Assembly: GCA_902797115.1 (NCBI GenBank)
Contig: CADBRQ010000115.1
Location: forward strand, 1-52,608
DNA: 52,608 nucleotides
Direction of reading: 5' to 3'
DNA from: an uncultured Bacteroidia bacterium
GTDB lineage: Bacteria > Bacteroidota > Bacteroidia > Bacteroidales > UBA932
Positions 4,800 through 16,351 of the stretch are shown here, piece by piece; the stretch's first letter is position 1; each line of letters begins with the position of its first letter. The notes under the pieces were generated by a model, which saw only the letters and a list, made by a program, of their open reading frames with translations, had not been told where the DNA came from and searched no databases. The translations under genes were made by a program, and so were the position numbers.

Positions 4800-5939
4800 A
4801 TGGGAAACTTCATTTTAAAAACAATAGACAAACTTAAGCCGACCTTCTCTAAAGGTGGAAAGCTTGGGTGGCTTCACTCAACTTTCGAGGCGTTTGAAAC
4901 CTTTGCGGCAGTACCGGCTACTACCACAAAAGGTAAGATTCACATAAAGGATTGTGTTGATCTCAAGAGAGTTATGAGTACTGTAATCTTCGCTCTCATA
5001 CCTCCGTTCCTATTTGGAATGTGGAACACAGGATATCAGCACTCACTCGCATTCGGTTTAGATTGGGGCCTTTTGCAGAATGTATGGTTTGGATTCTACA
5101 AAGTGCTACCGCTTCTAATTGTCTCATACGTAGTAGGATTGGGAATTGAGTTTGCAGTTGCACAAGCAAGAGGAGAAGAGGTAAACGAGGGCTTCTTGGT
5201 TACCGGTTTCATTATCCCGATGATAATGCCTATAGACATTCCACTCTGGGTTCTTGCTCTCTCAGTAGCATTTGCCGTAATCTTTGGTAAAGAGATATTT
5301 GGAGGGACCGGAATGAATATCTGGAACCCTGCCCTACTGGCTCGTGCTTTCGTATTCTTTGCATATCCATCTGTTATCTCAGGCGATACAATCTGGATTG
5401 AAGGGCTTACAAAAGCTGCCGCACCGGTGGTGGATGGTTTCTCGGGAGCAACACCTTTGGCAACACTCGCGGAGACAGGAGTTGCAGGACATAGCTTCCT
5501 CGATATGTTTATCGGTTGGATACCCGGCTCTTTCGGTGAGACATCAGCCCTTGCCATCTTAATTGGAGCTGCAATTCTGTTGTTCTCAGGTGTAGCAAGT
5601 TGGAAGATAATGTTAAGCTGCCTTGCCGGTGCTGTGGGAATGGCTTTTGTTGCAGACAGTGCAAATGTTTGGAACCACTTGGTAATGGGAGGATTTGCCT
5701 TTGGTGCAGTCTATATGGCAACAGACCCTGTTTCAAGTTCACAAACAGAGGTAGGAAAATGGATTTACGGATTCTTAATCGGAGTCCTCTGCATTATTCT
5801 AAGACTCTTCAACCCTGGTTACAGAGAGGGTATGATGCTCGCAATACTTCTTATGAACACTATGGCTCCTCTGATAGACTGGTGCGTAGTCAGACCAAGC
5901 ATCAGAAGAAGAGAGAAAAGAGCAGCCGTAACTAATTAA
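4800..5939 (+). CDS. nqrB: Na+-NQR subunit B
   Basis: Start moved to ATG 4800, 2 nt after the nqrA stop. Polytopic membrane protein with GGTGMNIWNPALLARAF and the flavin-attachment motif DGFSGATPLA. Confidence 0.92.
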   Translation: MGNFILKTIDKLKPTFSKGGKLGWLHSTFEAFETFAAVPATTTKGKIHIKDCVDLKRVMSTVIFALIPPFLFGMWNTGYQHSLAFGLDWGLLQNVWFGFYKVLPLLIVSYVVGLGIEFAVAQARGEEVNEGFLVTGFIIPMIMPIDIPLWVLALSVAFAVIFGKEIFGGTGMNIWNPALLARAFVFFAYPSVISGDTIWIEGLTKAAAPVVDGFSGATPLATLAETGVAGHSFLDMFIGWIPGSFGETSALAILIGAAILLFSGVASWKIMLSCLAGAVGMAFVADSANVWNHLVMGGFAFGAVYMATDPVSSSQTEVGKWIYGFLIGVLCIILRLFNPGYREGMMLAILLMNTMAPLIDWCVVRPSIRRREKRAAVTN

Positions 5940-5950
5940 TTGCTAAGAAT

Positions 5951-6715
5951 ATGGATACAAATAAAAATACATACACAATTATATATGCAACCATCTTGGT
6001 AGTTATAGTTGCAGCATTGCTTGCCATCGTATCGCTGAGCTTAAAAGGGGTGCAGGATACAAATGTGGAAGTAGAGAAACAAATGCAAATACTTGGTAGC
6101 GCGGCACTTGCAAAAGATGCTAAAAGTGCTCCAAGCAAAAACAAATATGTTCAAGATGAGTTTGCCAAATACATTACCAAAGCATTCATAGTAGATGCTC
6201 AAGGGAATGTTGTAGAAGAATTCAACTCAGATATCGTTAAGACAGAACCATTTAAGATTTCTCCTAAAGAGCAGTATGAAATTATGAAGAAAATAGAAGG
6301 TGGAGATGAGAGTGCAAAAGCACAGTTAAAACTTCCTGTCTATATCTGTACCACTCCCGATGCGACTAAAGTTATCCTCTCTTGCTATGGCCAGGGACTC
6401 TGGGGTCCAATTTGGGGATATATGAGTTTAAGTGAAGACCTTACAACCATAGAGGGAATTTTGTTCGACCACGAAAGTGAAACTCCCGGGCTTGGAGCAG
6501 AGATTGCAACGGAGAAATTCCAAAGCCAGTTCAATGGTAAAACAATACTCAAAGATGGAGTTGTCTCTCCTGTAAAAATTGTAAAGGGAGGGGTCAAGAA
6601 TCCTGAAAATGAGGTAGATGCTGTCAGCGGTGCTACCGTTACAAGTACTAAAGTAGAAGATATGATCACTATGTGGCTCAAATATTATCAACCATATATC
6701 AACGCTAAAAAATAG
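5951..6715 (+). CDS. nqrC: Na+-NQR subunit C
   Basis: 254 aa with one N-terminal TM helix and the FMN-binding motif [11 protein letters not shown] near the C-terminus. Confidence 0.9.
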   Translation: MDTNKNTYTIIYATILVVIVAALLAIVSLSLKGVQDTNVEVEKQMQILGSAALAKDAKSAPSKNKYVQDEFAKYITKAFIVDAQGNVVEEFNSDIVKTEPFKISPKEQYEIMKKIEGGDESAKAQLKLPVYICTTPDATKVILSCYGQGLWGPIWGYMSLSEDLTTIEGILFDHESETPGLGAEIATEKFQSQFNGKTILKDGVVSPVKIVKGGVKNPENEVDAVSGATVTSTKVEDMITMWLKYYQPYINAKK

Positions 6716-6723
6716 TTACCAAA

Positions 6724-7332
6724 ATGGATAAGAATATTTTTAAAACACCAATAATAAAGGGCAACCCTATCACGGTGCTGGTATTGGGTATTTGCTCGGC
6801 TCTTGCGGTAACTGTTAAATTAGAACCGGCTTTGGTCATGGCAATTGCAGTTACAATCGTAACCGGTCTTTCAAGCTTTTTGGTTTCTCTTATAAGAAAA
6901 ACCATTCCTAACAGAATCAGAATTATTGTTCAGCTGGTAGTTGTCGCAATGTTCGTAATTCTCGTTCAACAGATTTTGAAAGCGTACGCATACGATGTTA
7001 GCAAGCAACTATCTGTATATGTTGGACTTATAATAACCAACTGTATTATTATGGGACGTATTGAGGCCTTTGGATTAAGCGAAAAACCTCTCCCTTCATT
7101 GGTTGATGGTCTTGCAAACGGTCTGGGTTACGGTCTCGTACTTGTTATCGTTGCATTTTTCCGCGAACTTTTTGGAAGCGGAACTCTATTCGGAATGCAG
7201 GTTATCCCTCAAAGTTTTTACGATGCAGGGTATATGAACAACGGTTTGTTCATCATGCCTCCTATGGCCCTCATACTGATAGGATGCTTAATTTGGATTC
7301 AGAGAAGTTTCACAAAAGAAGATACTAAATAA
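6724..7332 (+). CDS. nqrD: Na+-NQR subunit D
   Basis: 202-aa six-TM RnfE/NqrD-like protein in the expected operon position. Confidence 0.9.
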   Translation: MDKNIFKTPIIKGNPITVLVLGICSALAVTVKLEPALVMAIAVTIVTGLSSFLVSLIRKTIPNRIRIIVQLVVVAMFVILVQQILKAYAYDVSKQLSVYVGLIITNCIIMGRIEAFGLSEKPLPSLVDGLANGLGYGLVLVIVAFFRELFGSGTLFGMQVIPQSFYDAGYMNNGLFIMPPMALILIGCLIWIQRSFTKEDTK

Positions 7333-7341
7333 CACATTACT

Positions 7342-7956
7342 ATGGAATCGTTGAATTTATTTGTAAAATCGATCTTTGTAGATAACATGATTTTCGCATA
7401 CTTCCTGGGAATGTGTTCGTTCCTTGCGGTATCGAAAAATGTTAAGACATCTGCAGGTCTGGGAATTGCAGTAATTTTCGTATTGGGCATTACCCTTCCT
7501 ATCAACTACCTGCTAAACAAATACTTGCTAACTCCGGGGGCGCTTGCTTGGGTTTCCCCTTCGCTCGCCGATGTAGATTTAAGTTTTTTAAGTTTTATCA
7601 TATTTATTGCAGTTATTGCATCGTTTGTTCAGCTTGTGGAGATGATTGTTGAGAAGTTCTCGCCATCATTATACTCATCGTTGGGAATCTTCCTTCCGCT
7701 GATTGCTGTAAACTGTGCAATTTTGGGAGCATCGTTATTTATGCAGCAGAGAGCTTTCCCTACCCTTGGTCAAGCAACCGTTTACGGACTTGGAAGCGGT
7801 GTGGGCTGGTTCCTTGCAATTGTCTCTATTGCAGCAATAAGGGAGAAGATAACTTATTCAAATGTTCCAAAACCTCTCCAGGGTTTGGGAATTACATTTA
7901 TAGTTGCGGGGCTTATGGCTATCGCATTCATGAGTTTTATGGGAATTGAATTATAG
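7342..7956 (+). CDS. nqrE: Na+-NQR subunit E
   Basis: 204-aa RnfA/NqrE-like polytopic protein in the expected operon position. Confidence 0.9.
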   Translation: MESLNLFVKSIFVDNMIFAYFLGMCSFLAVSKNVKTSAGLGIAVIFVLGITLPINYLLNKYLLTPGALAWVSPSLADVDLSFLSFIIFIAVIASFVQLVEMIVEKFSPSLYSSLGIFLPLIAVNCAILGASLFMQQRAFPTLGQATVYGLGSGVGWFLAIVSIAAIREKITYSNVPKPLQGLGITFIVAGLMAIAFMSFMGIEL

Positions 7957-7968
7957 GAGGATAGGATT

Positions 7969-9213
7969 ATGTTTTTAAGCAGTATAATTTCCGGAATTAT
8001 TGTCTTTCTCGTACTTGTACTCATTTTGGTGGCAGTACTGTTGTATGCAAAGGCAAAACTCATTCCAAGCGGTAATGTAACTATAGATATAAACAACGGT
8101 GAGAAGAGTCTTGAGGTTGCCACCGGCGGAACACTTCTTACAGCTCTTGCAGACAACAAGATTTTCCTCCCTTCTGCATGTGGTGGAAAAGGTAACTGCG
8201 GTATGTGTAAATGTCAGGTAATCAGCGGAGGAGGAACAATCCTTCCAACAGAGACCGGCTTCTTCACCCGTAAAGAACAACTCTCAAATTGGCGTTTGGG
8301 ATGCCAAGTTAAAGTAAAAGAGAATCTCGGCATTCTTCTTCCTCAAGATGTGTTGGGAGTTAAGAAATGGGAGTGCGAAGTTGTGAGCAATCACAATGTT
8401 GCAACATTTATCAAAGAGTTTAAAGTTAAACTTCCGGAGGGAGAGAATGTGAACTTCAGAAGCGGCGGCTACATTCAGATAGATGTTCCTGCATGCGAAG
8501 TAGATTTCAAGACTATAGATGTAGAAGATGAGTACAGAGGAGATTGGGATAAGATGAAAATCTTTGACCTTAAAATGGTTAACCCTACCCCAACCTTCAG
8601 AGCGTACTCAATGGCAAATCACCCTGCAGAGGGAAATATCATTATGCTTAATGTGCGTATTGCAACCCCTCCGTTCGACAGGGCAAAAGGTGGCTTTGCA
8701 GATGTAAATCCAGGTATCTGTTCATCTTACATTTATTCTCTCAAACCTGGAGATAAGATTACAATCTCCGGTCCTTACGGTGAGTTCTTCCTGAAAGATA
8801 CTCAAAACGAGATAGTATTTATTGGCGGTGGAGCAGGAATGGCACCTATGCGTTCGCATATTTTCCACTTGTTCAAGACATTACATACTAAGAGAAAAGT
8901 GAGCTTCTGGTATGGAGCACGCTCTCTGAGAGAGATGTTCTATGTAGAAGACTTTGAAGAGATTCAGAGAGAGAATCCAAACTTCTCTTATCATGTAGCC
9001 CTTTCAGATGCACTTCCGGAAGATAATTGGACCGGTCCTACAGGTTTCATCCATCAAGTTTTATTTGACAACTATCTAAAGAATCACGATGCGCCTGAGG
9101 ATGTTGAGTACTACCTCTGCGGACCTCCGATGATGACCTCTGCCGTTGTCAATATGCTCGACAATTTAGGTGTACAACCTGAAAATATTATGTACGATAA
9201 CTTTGGTGCTTAG
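7969..9213 (+). CDS. nqrF: Na+-NQR subunit F
   Basis: N-terminal TM helix, 2Fe-2S cysteine pattern [15 protein letters not shown] motif RAYSMA and NAD motif GGGAGMAPM. Confidence 0.93.
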   Translation: MFLSSIISGIIVFLVLVLILVAVLLYAKAKLIPSGNVTIDINNGEKSLEVATGGTLLTALADNKIFLPSACGGKGNCGMCKCQVISGGGTILPTETGFFTRKEQLSNWRLGCQVKVKENLGILLPQDVLGVKKWECEVVSNHNVATFIKEFKVKLPEGENVNFRSGGYIQIDVPACEVDFKTIDVEDEYRGDWDKMKIFDLKMVNPTPTFRAYSMANHPAEGNIIMLNVRIATPPFDRAKGGFADVNPGICSSYIYSLKPGDKITISGPYGEFFLKDTQNEIVFIGGGAGMAPMRSHIFHLFKTLHTKRKVSFWYGARSLREMFYVEDFEEIQRENPNFSYHVALSDALPEDNWTGPTGFIHQVLFDNYLKNHDAPEDVEYYLCGPPMMTSAVVNMLDNLGVQPENIMYDNFGA

Positions 9214-9247
9214 TACCAAAGTTATCTTTTAAAGATATCAAGAATAT

Positions 9248-10753
9248 ATGAACAATGTAATTAGTATGAATCCAAATGCGCTGGTGGCGTATTTGCAAAA
9301 AAGACCTTGCGACTTTACAAAGCAAGATATTATTAAGTACATAAAGGAGAATGAGATACAGATGGTAAACTTTATGTACCCTGCAGGAGATGGAAGGTTA
9401 AAAACTCTCAATTTTGTCATCAGCGATGAAGAATATCTCAATACTATTTTAAGCTGCGGAGAGAGAGTTGACGGCTCAAGTCTTTTCACTTTTATAGAGG
9501 CAAGCAGTTCAGACCTTTATGTTCTTCCGCGATTCAGGACAGCATTTTTAGACCCATTTGCAGAGATACCTACAGTAACCATGCTCTGTTCATTTTTCAA
9601 TAAAGACGGAGAGCCGCTTGAATCATCGCCAGAATATACTTTGAAAAAAGCTTGCCAAGTCTTTAAAGAGAAGACCGGAGGATTGCAATTTGAAGCAATG
9701 GGAGAGCTTGAATATTATGTTATTGCAGAAGAAGATTCTCTATTTGCCGCAACTGACCAAAGAGGATACCACGAGAGCGGGCCTTTTGCAAAATTCAATC
9801 AGTTCAGGACTCTGTGCATGAACTATATAGCCCAAGCAGGGGGACAAATTAAGTATGGTCACTCAGAGGTTGGAAACTTTACATTAGGAGGAAAAATTTA
9901 CGAGCAAAACGAGATAGAGTTCCTCCCTACAAATGCAGAAGATGCCGCAGACCAACTCACTGTTGCAAAATGGATTATACGAAATCTCGGTCACAGTTTG
10001 GGATTCAATGTAACCTTTGCGCCAAAGATCACATCTGGAAAAGCAGGAAGTGGATTACATGTTCACATGAGAATTACCAAAGATGGCAAGAATCAGATGG
10101 TAGAAAACGGAACGCTCTCTGCTACAGCAAGAAAAGCAATTGCCGGAATGATGGTTCTCGCACCAAGCATAACCGCCTTTGGCAACAAAGTTCCTACGTC
10201 TTATTTCAGATTGGTTCCTCACCAAGAAGCCCCTACTAATGTTTGCTGGGGAGACAGAAACCGTTCGGTATTGGTCAGAGTTCCGCTCGGATGGACTGCC
10301 GGTCACGATATGTGTAAAACTGCAAACCCTCTTGAAAAAGAGAGTGGTATAGATACTACACAGAAACAGACAGTAGAGATGCGCTCTCCGGATGGAAGTG
10401 CAGATGTTTATCAACTGATTGCAGCATTGTGTGTTGCCTGCAGAACCGGTCTGGAGATGGAGAACGCCTTAGAAGTGGCAGAAGATAAATATGTTAATGT
10501 CAATATTCACGATGCGCAGAATGCAGACAAATTGGCAAAACTCGACCAACTTCCAGACAGCTGCGTTGCTTCTGCAAAATGTTTGGAATCTCAAAGAGCA
10601 TATTATGAGTCTGAAGGAGTCTTCAGCAAGAATATGATCGATGGAATTATCAAACAATTAGAGAGTTACAGAGACAGCTCACTCAGAAAAGAGGTAGAGA
10701 GCAAACCACAGGAGATGCTTCAGATTGTGAATAAATATTTCCATTGCGGCTAA
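9248..10753 (+). CDS. glnA: glutamine synthetase family protein (~500-aa form)
   Basis: 501 aa. GKAGSGLHVHMR and NRSVLVRVP resemble the GS ATP-binding and catalytic-region signatures; EIEF.. sits upstream of them. Confidence 0.75.
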   Translation: MNNVISMNPNALVAYLQKRPCDFTKQDIIKYIKENEIQMVNFMYPAGDGRLKTLNFVISDEEYLNTILSCGERVDGSSLFTFIEASSSDLYVLPRFRTAFLDPFAEIPTVTMLCSFFNKDGEPLESSPEYTLKKACQVFKEKTGGLQFEAMGELEYYVIAEEDSLFAATDQRGYHESGPFAKFNQFRTLCMNYIAQAGGQIKYGHSEVGNFTLGGKIYEQNEIEFLPTNAEDAADQLTVAKWIIRNLGHSLGFNVTFAPKITSGKAGSGLHVHMRITKDGKNQMVENGTLSATARKAIAGMMVLAPSITAFGNKVPTSYFRLVPHQEAPTNVCWGDRNRSVLVRVPLGWTAGHDMCKTANPLEKESGIDTTQKQTVEMRSPDGSADVYQLIAALCVACRTGLEMENALEVAEDKYVNVNIHDAQNADKLAKLDQLPDSCVASAKCLESQRAYYESEGVFSKNMIDGIIKQLESYRDSSLRKEVESKPQEMLQIVNKYFHCG

Positions 10754-10818
10754 AGTTAAACTAACTACGACTAAACGAATAAAACGCATCGCGACAGGAA
10801 AAATAAAATCATACAGAT

Positions 10819-12225
10819 ATGAAAAAAGTATTATTAATTGCCTGTGCATTAGTTGTAAGTATATCTGCAACGGCACAAACAATTGGAGAACAAGAACTTA
10901 AAGAGATTCAAACAGGATTTGACTCAAATGCCAAAGAGACACAAAAGAGAGTGATAGAGAATCGTACTCTTAAAACCCTCTCTTACAATGCCGAAGCGGC
11001 AAAGGCCAATGACAATTTCTTTAAATACAGAGTTAATGTTAAAGGAATTACAAATCAGAAAAGCAGCGGAAGATGCTGGATGTATACCTCAATGAACAAC
11101 CTCCGCCCGCTTGTTATGCAAAAATTCAACTTGAATGAGTTTGATTTCTCACACAATTTCAACTATTTCTACGATTTATTGGAGAAGTCTAACTTATTCT
11201 TGGAGAACATTATAGCTACTGCACACCAACCTATGGATGAACGAGCTGTAGTAAATCTGTTCAAATCTCCTGTTAATGACGGAGGGGTATGGAATCTCTT
11301 CTACAATATTGCAGGAAAATATGGTGTAGTTCCAGATGTTGTAATGCCGGAGACCGAACACTCAAACAGTACAGGACAACTCGTTTCTGTTCTTAATGAG
11401 AGACTTAGAAAAGGTGGTTGGGATATCAGAACTATCTACGAAAAAGGTCTTATGGTTCAGTCCAGCGGTTTAGAGGGAAGTTTTCCGTATCAGGCAAGAA
11501 AAGAGAAGATTAAAATTCTCACAGATGTTTATCGTCTTCTATGTCTCTGCCTTGGGGAACCACCTACAGAGTTTACATGGAAATATGTAGATAAAGATGG
11601 TAACAACAAGGAGCTTAAAACAACTCCTAAAGAGTTCTACAACTCTATCCTTCCACAAAACTACAATCCGGAAAACCTCGTCATGATTATGAACGACCCT
11701 ACCAGAGAGTATTATAAAATCTATGAAATAGACAATTATAGAAATACTTACGAAGGAATCAACTGGGTTTATCTCAATCTCCCTAACGAAGATATTAAGG
11801 AGGCTGCTGTTAAATCTATCAAAGACGGCGTAACTCTTTATGCCTCTTGCGACGTTGGAAAACAATCGAATACAAAGAACGGTGTGGGCTTTATGGACGA
11901 TGGTCTCTACGACTACGGTGCAAATCTTGGGATAGACCTTAAAATGGATAAAAAAGCGAGAATCTTAACCCGTCAGAGTGGCTCTTCACACGCTATGCTA
12001 ATTGTTGCGGTAGATACAGATGCCAACGACAAACCAACCAAGTGGCTATTTGAAAATAGTTGGGGACCAGACTCTGGAAACAAGGGTTACTTAACCTTCA
12101 CAGACAAATGGTTCGATGAGTATATGTTCCGTATAGTCATTAACAAGAAGTATTTGGGAACCAAAGCATTAAAAGCGTTAGGACAAAAACCTGTCATGCT
12201 TCCTGCTTGGGACTATATGTTCTAA
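10819..12225 (+). CDS. pepC: aminopeptidase C / bleomycin-hydrolase-like C1 cysteine peptidase
   Basis: Signal peptide, then QKSSGRCWMY (catalytic Cys context) and GSSHAMLIVAVD (His context), with the WFDEY..R tail typical of PepC. Confidence 0.85.
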   Translation: MKKVLLIACALVVSISATAQTIGEQELKEIQTGFDSNAKETQKRVIENRTLKTLSYNAEAAKANDNFFKYRVNVKGITNQKSSGRCWMYTSMNNLRPLVMQKFNLNEFDFSHNFNYFYDLLEKSNLFLENIIATAHQPMDERAVVNLFKSPVNDGGVWNLFYNIAGKYGVVPDVVMPETEHSNSTGQLVSVLNERLRKGGWDIRTIYEKGLMVQSSGLEGSFPYQARKEKIKILTDVYRLLCLCLGEPPTEFTWKYVDKDGNNKELKTTPKEFYNSILPQNYNPENLVMIMNDPTREYYKIYEIDNYRNTYEGINWVYLNLPNEDIKEAAVKSIKDGVTLYASCDVGKQSNTKNGVGFMDDGLYDYGANLGIDLKMDKKARILTRQSGSSHAMLIVAVDTDANDKPTKWLFENSWGPDSGNKGYLTFTDKWFDEYMFRIVINKKYLGTKALKALGQKPVMLPAWDYMF

Positions 12226-12233
12226 AAAGGTTC

Positions 12234-13772
12234 TCAATTCTGATTTAGAATCCTACGATTATTGGGCAGCAGATTATTTATTCTGTTGCCCAAATTTTTT
12301 ATAAAGCCCAAAGGCAAGTGCTTATATGTAAGCAATATATACCCTCTATGCAACGAATCGGGATTAAAGTTGGAAGAGAAGGACGGAAGAATTTCCAAAG
12401 GAGAGAGCGGCTCTTTTCTCAGATATTTAAGAGCTGTCTCTTTTTTAATCTCTGCAATCATAAACCTCAGCGATAGGCACTTTCTGCTATTTCTTCCACT
12501 CTCCTCTATCAACTCTCCCGTAACACTGTCTATATAAAGTTCAACCTCACTTCTCCCTCTGTTTTTCTCTATAATACTCAACATTTTATTAGAAAGGGCA
12601 AAAGAGTGGCTCGGTACAACATCTTTCCCTTTAATAACAGCCACAATCTCATCGTTGAGAACTCTCAAGGAATTTTTAATTATCTGCTTCTCATTTAATC
12701 GTCTCGATGGTTTAGAGGATTGGTTCGATGGCTCTCCCCCCTTTTTAAGCAGAGAGAAAAACTGTCCCTCCCCATTTACAACTCCGGCAACAAACTGAAA
12801 GCCAAGTATATGTTGCGGATTATCTTTTGAAAAAACCGGAATTGCACCTGCAGCAACTGCACTCTCTTTTATTAATTCATTAAGGTTTTCTGCTCCTATT
12901 TCAAATTCCATAAATTCAATGTTATCACCATTTTCAAAGTGATTATATGTGCAGGTTGAATAGATGAACAATCCCCCATTTTTAAGCAGAGGCCAAATAT
13001 CCTGCAATATCTCTTTTTGAACCTGAGCGCATCGGCGAACATTCTCAACACTCCAACCTTGCTGTGCCTCAACGCTTTTCCTGAACATCCCCTCCCCAGA
13101 ACAAGGGACATCTGTCAAAATAATATCGAACAGAGGAAAATGATTTGCTGCAAGCCGCTGAAACTCTTTAGGATAGTTAGACGTTACCAAGACATTTTCA
13201 TACCCCCATTTCTCCACATTCTCCAAAAGAGCCCCCACCCTTTTTGTAATCGGCTCATTACAAACGAATAACCGCTTTATATCTCCTGTTTTATTGCAAA
13301 TTTCATTTATAGCAGAGAGCAAATGGGTAGATTTTCCCCCTGGGGCAGCACACAAGTCGAGTACATTAAAAGAGGCAGCCGAAGAGTCTGCACATCTGCT
13401 TTTTATCTGTTCCTCAAGAAGTTGCAAGAACATACTCGAGGAATCCTGAACATAGTAGGCGCCGTTGCGAAAAAGTGGAGAGAGGGTAAAATTTATTTTC
13501 TCTTTAAGATAATATCCCCCTTTACACCACTTTATAGGAGAAATTGGAGGAAGCTCCAGAAGAGTCTCTAAAACCTCTTCAAAAGATTTTGCAGAGAAAT
13601 CTTCGTCGGAAAAAGATAAGAGATGGCGAAATTTCTCCTCGTTAATTCTCACAGAGACAGAGGCAGATTCAACCGAATCGCCGAAGAAATCTTCAATTGA
13701 ACAACCGAGAGAATCTCTCCCTAAAGAGCTGAAAAACAGCTCCTTAAACTCCTCTTTAAACTTAAACGACAT
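12234..13772 (-). CDS. NOL1/NOP2/Sun-family RNA m5C methyltransferase (RsmB/RsmF-like)
   Basis: SAM motif VLDLCAAPGGKSTHL, catalytic motifs DVPCSGEGMFRK and YSTCT. Confidence 0.85.
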   Translation of the reverse strand: MSFKFKEEFKELFFSSLGRDSLGCSIEDFFGDSVESASVSVRINEEKFRHLLSFSDEDFSAKSFEEVLETLLELPPISPIKWCKGGYYLKEKINFTLSPLFRNGAYYVQDSSSMFLQLLEEQIKSRCADSSAASFNVLDLCAAPGGKSTHLLSAINEICNKTGDIKRLFVCNEPITKRVGALLENVEKWGYENVLVTSNYPKEFQRLAANHFPLFDIILTDVPCSGEGMFRKSVEAQQGWSVENVRRCAQVQKEILQDIWPLLKNGGLFIYSTCTYNHFENGDNIEFMEFEIGAENLNELIKESAVAAGAIPVFSKDNPQHILGFQFVAGVVNGEGQFFSLLKKGGEPSNQSSKPSRRLNEKQIIKNSLRVLNDEIVAVIKGKDVVPSHSFALSNKMLSIIEKNRGRSEVELYIDSVTGELIEESGRNSRKCLSLRFMIAEIKKETALKYLRKEPLSPLEILPSFSSNFNPDSLHRGYILLTYKHLPLGFIKNLGNRINNLLPNNRRILNQN

Positions 13773-14238
13773 CTTTTAAATTGCCGTTAATTGCATCTTT
13801 TAAGCCCTCATTAAAGGAACCCTCTCCAAACGATTGATTTGCAATGCCTTTAGCTATCTGATCAGATATTTTATCTACAATTTGCTGAATTTTACCTCCA
13901 AACATCGCTCTTGTCAGGAAATTCATATTGGTCTCTACAGAAATCTTGACTGCTGTCTGCGATATATTAACATCCTTCAGGTCAAATACCAAGGAGAAAT
14001 CTATAGGAAAACCGGCCTGAGGTTTCATTATAACCTTAGAATTAGGAATCCGCTCGATCACCTCCAACCCCATGTTCATTCCGTTAATATCTCCGCTTAC
14101 CGAATCTTTTGTTACAGTTACCTTCTCTCTGTATTCTGCCGGTATTCTCTCTGAAAAAAGGGTTAAATCGGAAAAAGAAGTGAATAAAACGCTCGATGGA
14201 GAGTTTATGATTATCTCCTTGCCTTCGTATTTGTCCAT
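13762..14238 (-). CDS. hypothetical protein, possibly SRPBCC/CoxG-like
   Basis: 158-aa ORF tightly packed between pyrE and the methyltransferase (11-nt overlap). The fold guess rests only on size and beta-rich pattern. Confidence 0.5.
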   Translation of the reverse strand: MDKYEGKEIIINSPSSVLFTSFSDLTLFSERIPAEYREKVTVTKDSVSGDINGMNMGLEVIERIPNSKVIMKPQAGFPIDFSLVFDLKDVNISQTAVKISVETNMNFLTRAMFGGKIQQIVDKISDQIAKGIANQSFGEGSFNEGLKDAINGNLKDVV

Positions 14239-14264
14239 AATATTAAAAACTTGTTAAAGTGGTG

Positions 14265-14912
14265 CTATTCTTCTGGTTTAATGCCAACCCAAGTTGTAGG
14301 ATTTATGCTCCACTCCTTCAAAATCTCTAAATCCTTATCCTGTAAAATTCCCTGTGCCACTGCCTCTTCCAATAACTGCTCATAGTTGCAAAGGGTATGA
14401 AGTTCCATATTGGCATTCTCAAATTCTCTGCGGCTGCGGGTAAAGTTATAAGAGAAGATTGCAACCATTCCCATAACAATAGCTCCTGCTGCATGCAAAG
14501 CATCTGCTGTAAGTAAACTGCTTTTTCCCGATGAGATTAAGTCCTCAATTATCACAACTTTTTGCCCTTTTTGCACAAGTCCCTCAACCTTTGGTTCTCT
14601 CGCTGCAGCGGTTCCATTAGGACGGACATAAACAAAAGTCTTCTCTAACTCATGAGCAACCAAAGAGCCCCAAGGAATTGCCCCTGTAGCCACACCGGCT
14701 ATAATATCAACATCTGCAAAACTCTCATTGATATCATCTATAATGGCCTGCGTAATCAGCTTTCTGACTGCAGGGTAAGCAAGTAATTTTTTGTTATCGG
14801 TATATATTGGAGATTTTAATCCCGATGGGAGTGTATAAGGGTGCTCAAAATTAAATTCGGCACTCTTTTTTTCTAACATAATTTGTGCGATTTTCTTTTC
14901 TATATCTTTCAT
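14265..14912 (-). CDS. pyrE: orotate phosphoribosyltransferase
   Basis: 215 aa with the PRPP-binding motif KVVIIEDLISSGKSS. Confidence 0.88.
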   Translation of the reverse strand: MKDIEKKIAQIMLEKKSAEFNFEHPYTLPSGLKSPIYTDNKKLLAYPAVRKLITQAIIDDINESFADVDIIAGVATGAIPWGSLVAHELEKTFVYVRPNGTAAAREPKVEGLVQKGQKVVIIEDLISSGKSSLLTADALHAAGAIVMGMVAIFSYNFTRSRREFENANMELHTLCNYEQLLEEAVAQGILQDKDLEILKEWSINPTTWVGIKPEE

Positions 14913-15002
14913 AACTCACTATAAATAAATTATATTGAAATACAAAAATAGTAAAAAATAGTTAATGTTGCAGTTTTGTGCCTTAATGGCTAAATTTGAG
15001 GT

Positions 15003-15623
15003 ATGAAAAGAATCTATTTCAGAAACCGGGAACTTACAATTTGTTCCAAAGATAATTCTCTCCTGCAGAACAATGAGGCAGTAATTCTGTCTCCGTCAAA
15101 CGATTTTGAATTAGCAAACATTCCACAAATGATGGAGATGAATACCAATCTTAATCATCTGATTGTTTGTGAAAATAATCTCTATTCTCAGGAAGATATT
15201 TACAGGAAAATCACCTCTAACTTGCACATTATAAATGCCGGCGGAGGGCTAATTTCCAATTCAGATGGAAAATTCCTGATGATTTATCGCAGAGGAGTTT
15301 GGGACCTTCCTAAAGGTAAACAGGAAGAGGGAGAAGATATCAAAGATACAGCTATAAGAGAGACAGCAGAAGAGGTTGGTTTGGAGTGTGATTTAGGAGA
15401 TTTAATCTGTGTGACCGAACATATTTACCGTATCGAGAAGAGTTTAATATTGAAAAAAACTTACTGGTTCTCCATGTATTACAGTGGAGAGAAAATTCCT
15501 GTGCCACAAACTGTAGAACAGATAGAAAAATGTGTATGGTGCACACCGGAGGAGGCCGCTTTTAACCTGCGCAACTCATACTCCGCTGTTCAGCAAGTCT
15601 TTATGTGCGCTAATGTCATATAG
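15003..15623 (+). CDS. NUDIX hydrolase
   Basis: Nudix box GKQEEGEDIKDTAIRETAEEVGL (G-x5-E-x7-REuxEExGu). Confidence 0.85.
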   Translation: MKRIYFRNRELTICSKDNSLLQNNEAVILSPSNDFELANIPQMMEMNTNLNHLIVCENNLYSQEDIYRKITSNLHIINAGGGLISNSDGKFLMIYRRGVWDLPKGKQEEGEDIKDTAIRETAEEVGLECDLGDLICVTEHIYRIEKSLILKKTYWFSMYYSGEKIPVPQTVEQIEKCVWCTPEEAAFNLRNSYSAVQQVFMCANVI

Positions 15624-15630
15624 AGAAATA

Positions 15631-16344
15631 TTATCTCAAGTCGTTGATTTTAACCCCTTTACGAGCAGATACATCAATTTTGTAGCCGGCTGCTCTCTCC
15701 GGAGAGAGTTTAGAAGAGAATGAGGTAACGGTGATTTCGCATTTGCCCCCTTTGGTTTTTGGAATAATATCTAACCTGATAAGTTGAGGAACAGACAAAT
15801 CCTCCTTTAAGTAAATTTTTGCACTCTTGAAATTTGCTTTTCCCTTTGGAGTTAGGGTGAGTACCTTAACTCTTTTTCCATCAAGTACTTCTAAAGAGGG
15901 GTCAGAAACTGAAACTCCATCGCGAGTATTAAATACACCAAAAGGATTCTCAAATACATTGGCAGAACCGGCTTTTCTTTTTTGAATAGTAAGCTCATTA
16001 GTGGCTATATTGTAGAAAAAGATATTTTCCTTATCGTACTGATACTCAGAAATACCTGTTAATGAGAGGTAACCACTCTCTTTTGCCGCAAAGAAAAGAC
16101 CATCGTTCAGAGTTGTCTCATTTGCAATTGTGAACCTCGCATTAAACTTAACCTCCCTGCTGTCAAAAAGATTATCGGAAAGCTTTCTCAATACCTCTGC
16201 ACCACTCTCTTTATTAGACGCTTGAGTATCCTGAACTTTTTTGACACTCTGGGTAGTCTGAGCTAAAACAGGAGTTGCAGCAAAAGCCAGAAACACAATC
16301 AGAAAGCCTATTGAGAACCAATTATTTTTTCTTATTCTATTCAT
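15631..16344 (-). CDS. lolA: LolA-like outer-membrane lipoprotein carrier protein
   Basis: Start taken at ATG 16344 (MNRIRKNNWFSIGFLIVFLAFAATPVLAQ signal peptide); the track start at 16362 overlaps ftsK. The position directly after ftsK is the usual Bacteroidota arrangement. Confidence 0.65.
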   Translation of the reverse strand: MNRIRKNNWFSIGFLIVFLAFAATPVLAQTTQSVKKVQDTQASNKESGAEVLRKLSDNLFDSREVKFNARFTIANETTLNDGLFFAAKESGYLSLTGISEYQYDKENIFFYNIATNELTIQKRKAGSANVFENPFGVFNTRDGVSVSDPSLEVLDGKRVKVLTLTPKGKANFKSAKIYLKEDLSVPQLIRLDIIPKTKGGKCEITVTSFSSKLSPERAAGYKIDVSARKGVKINDLR

Positions 16345-16351
16345 CGATACG

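Noticed and set aside
5096-5557. 153-aa minus-strand ORF inside nqrB.
   Set aside because: It is an antisense shadow ORF within a strongly supported membrane-protein gene, with no independent signals.
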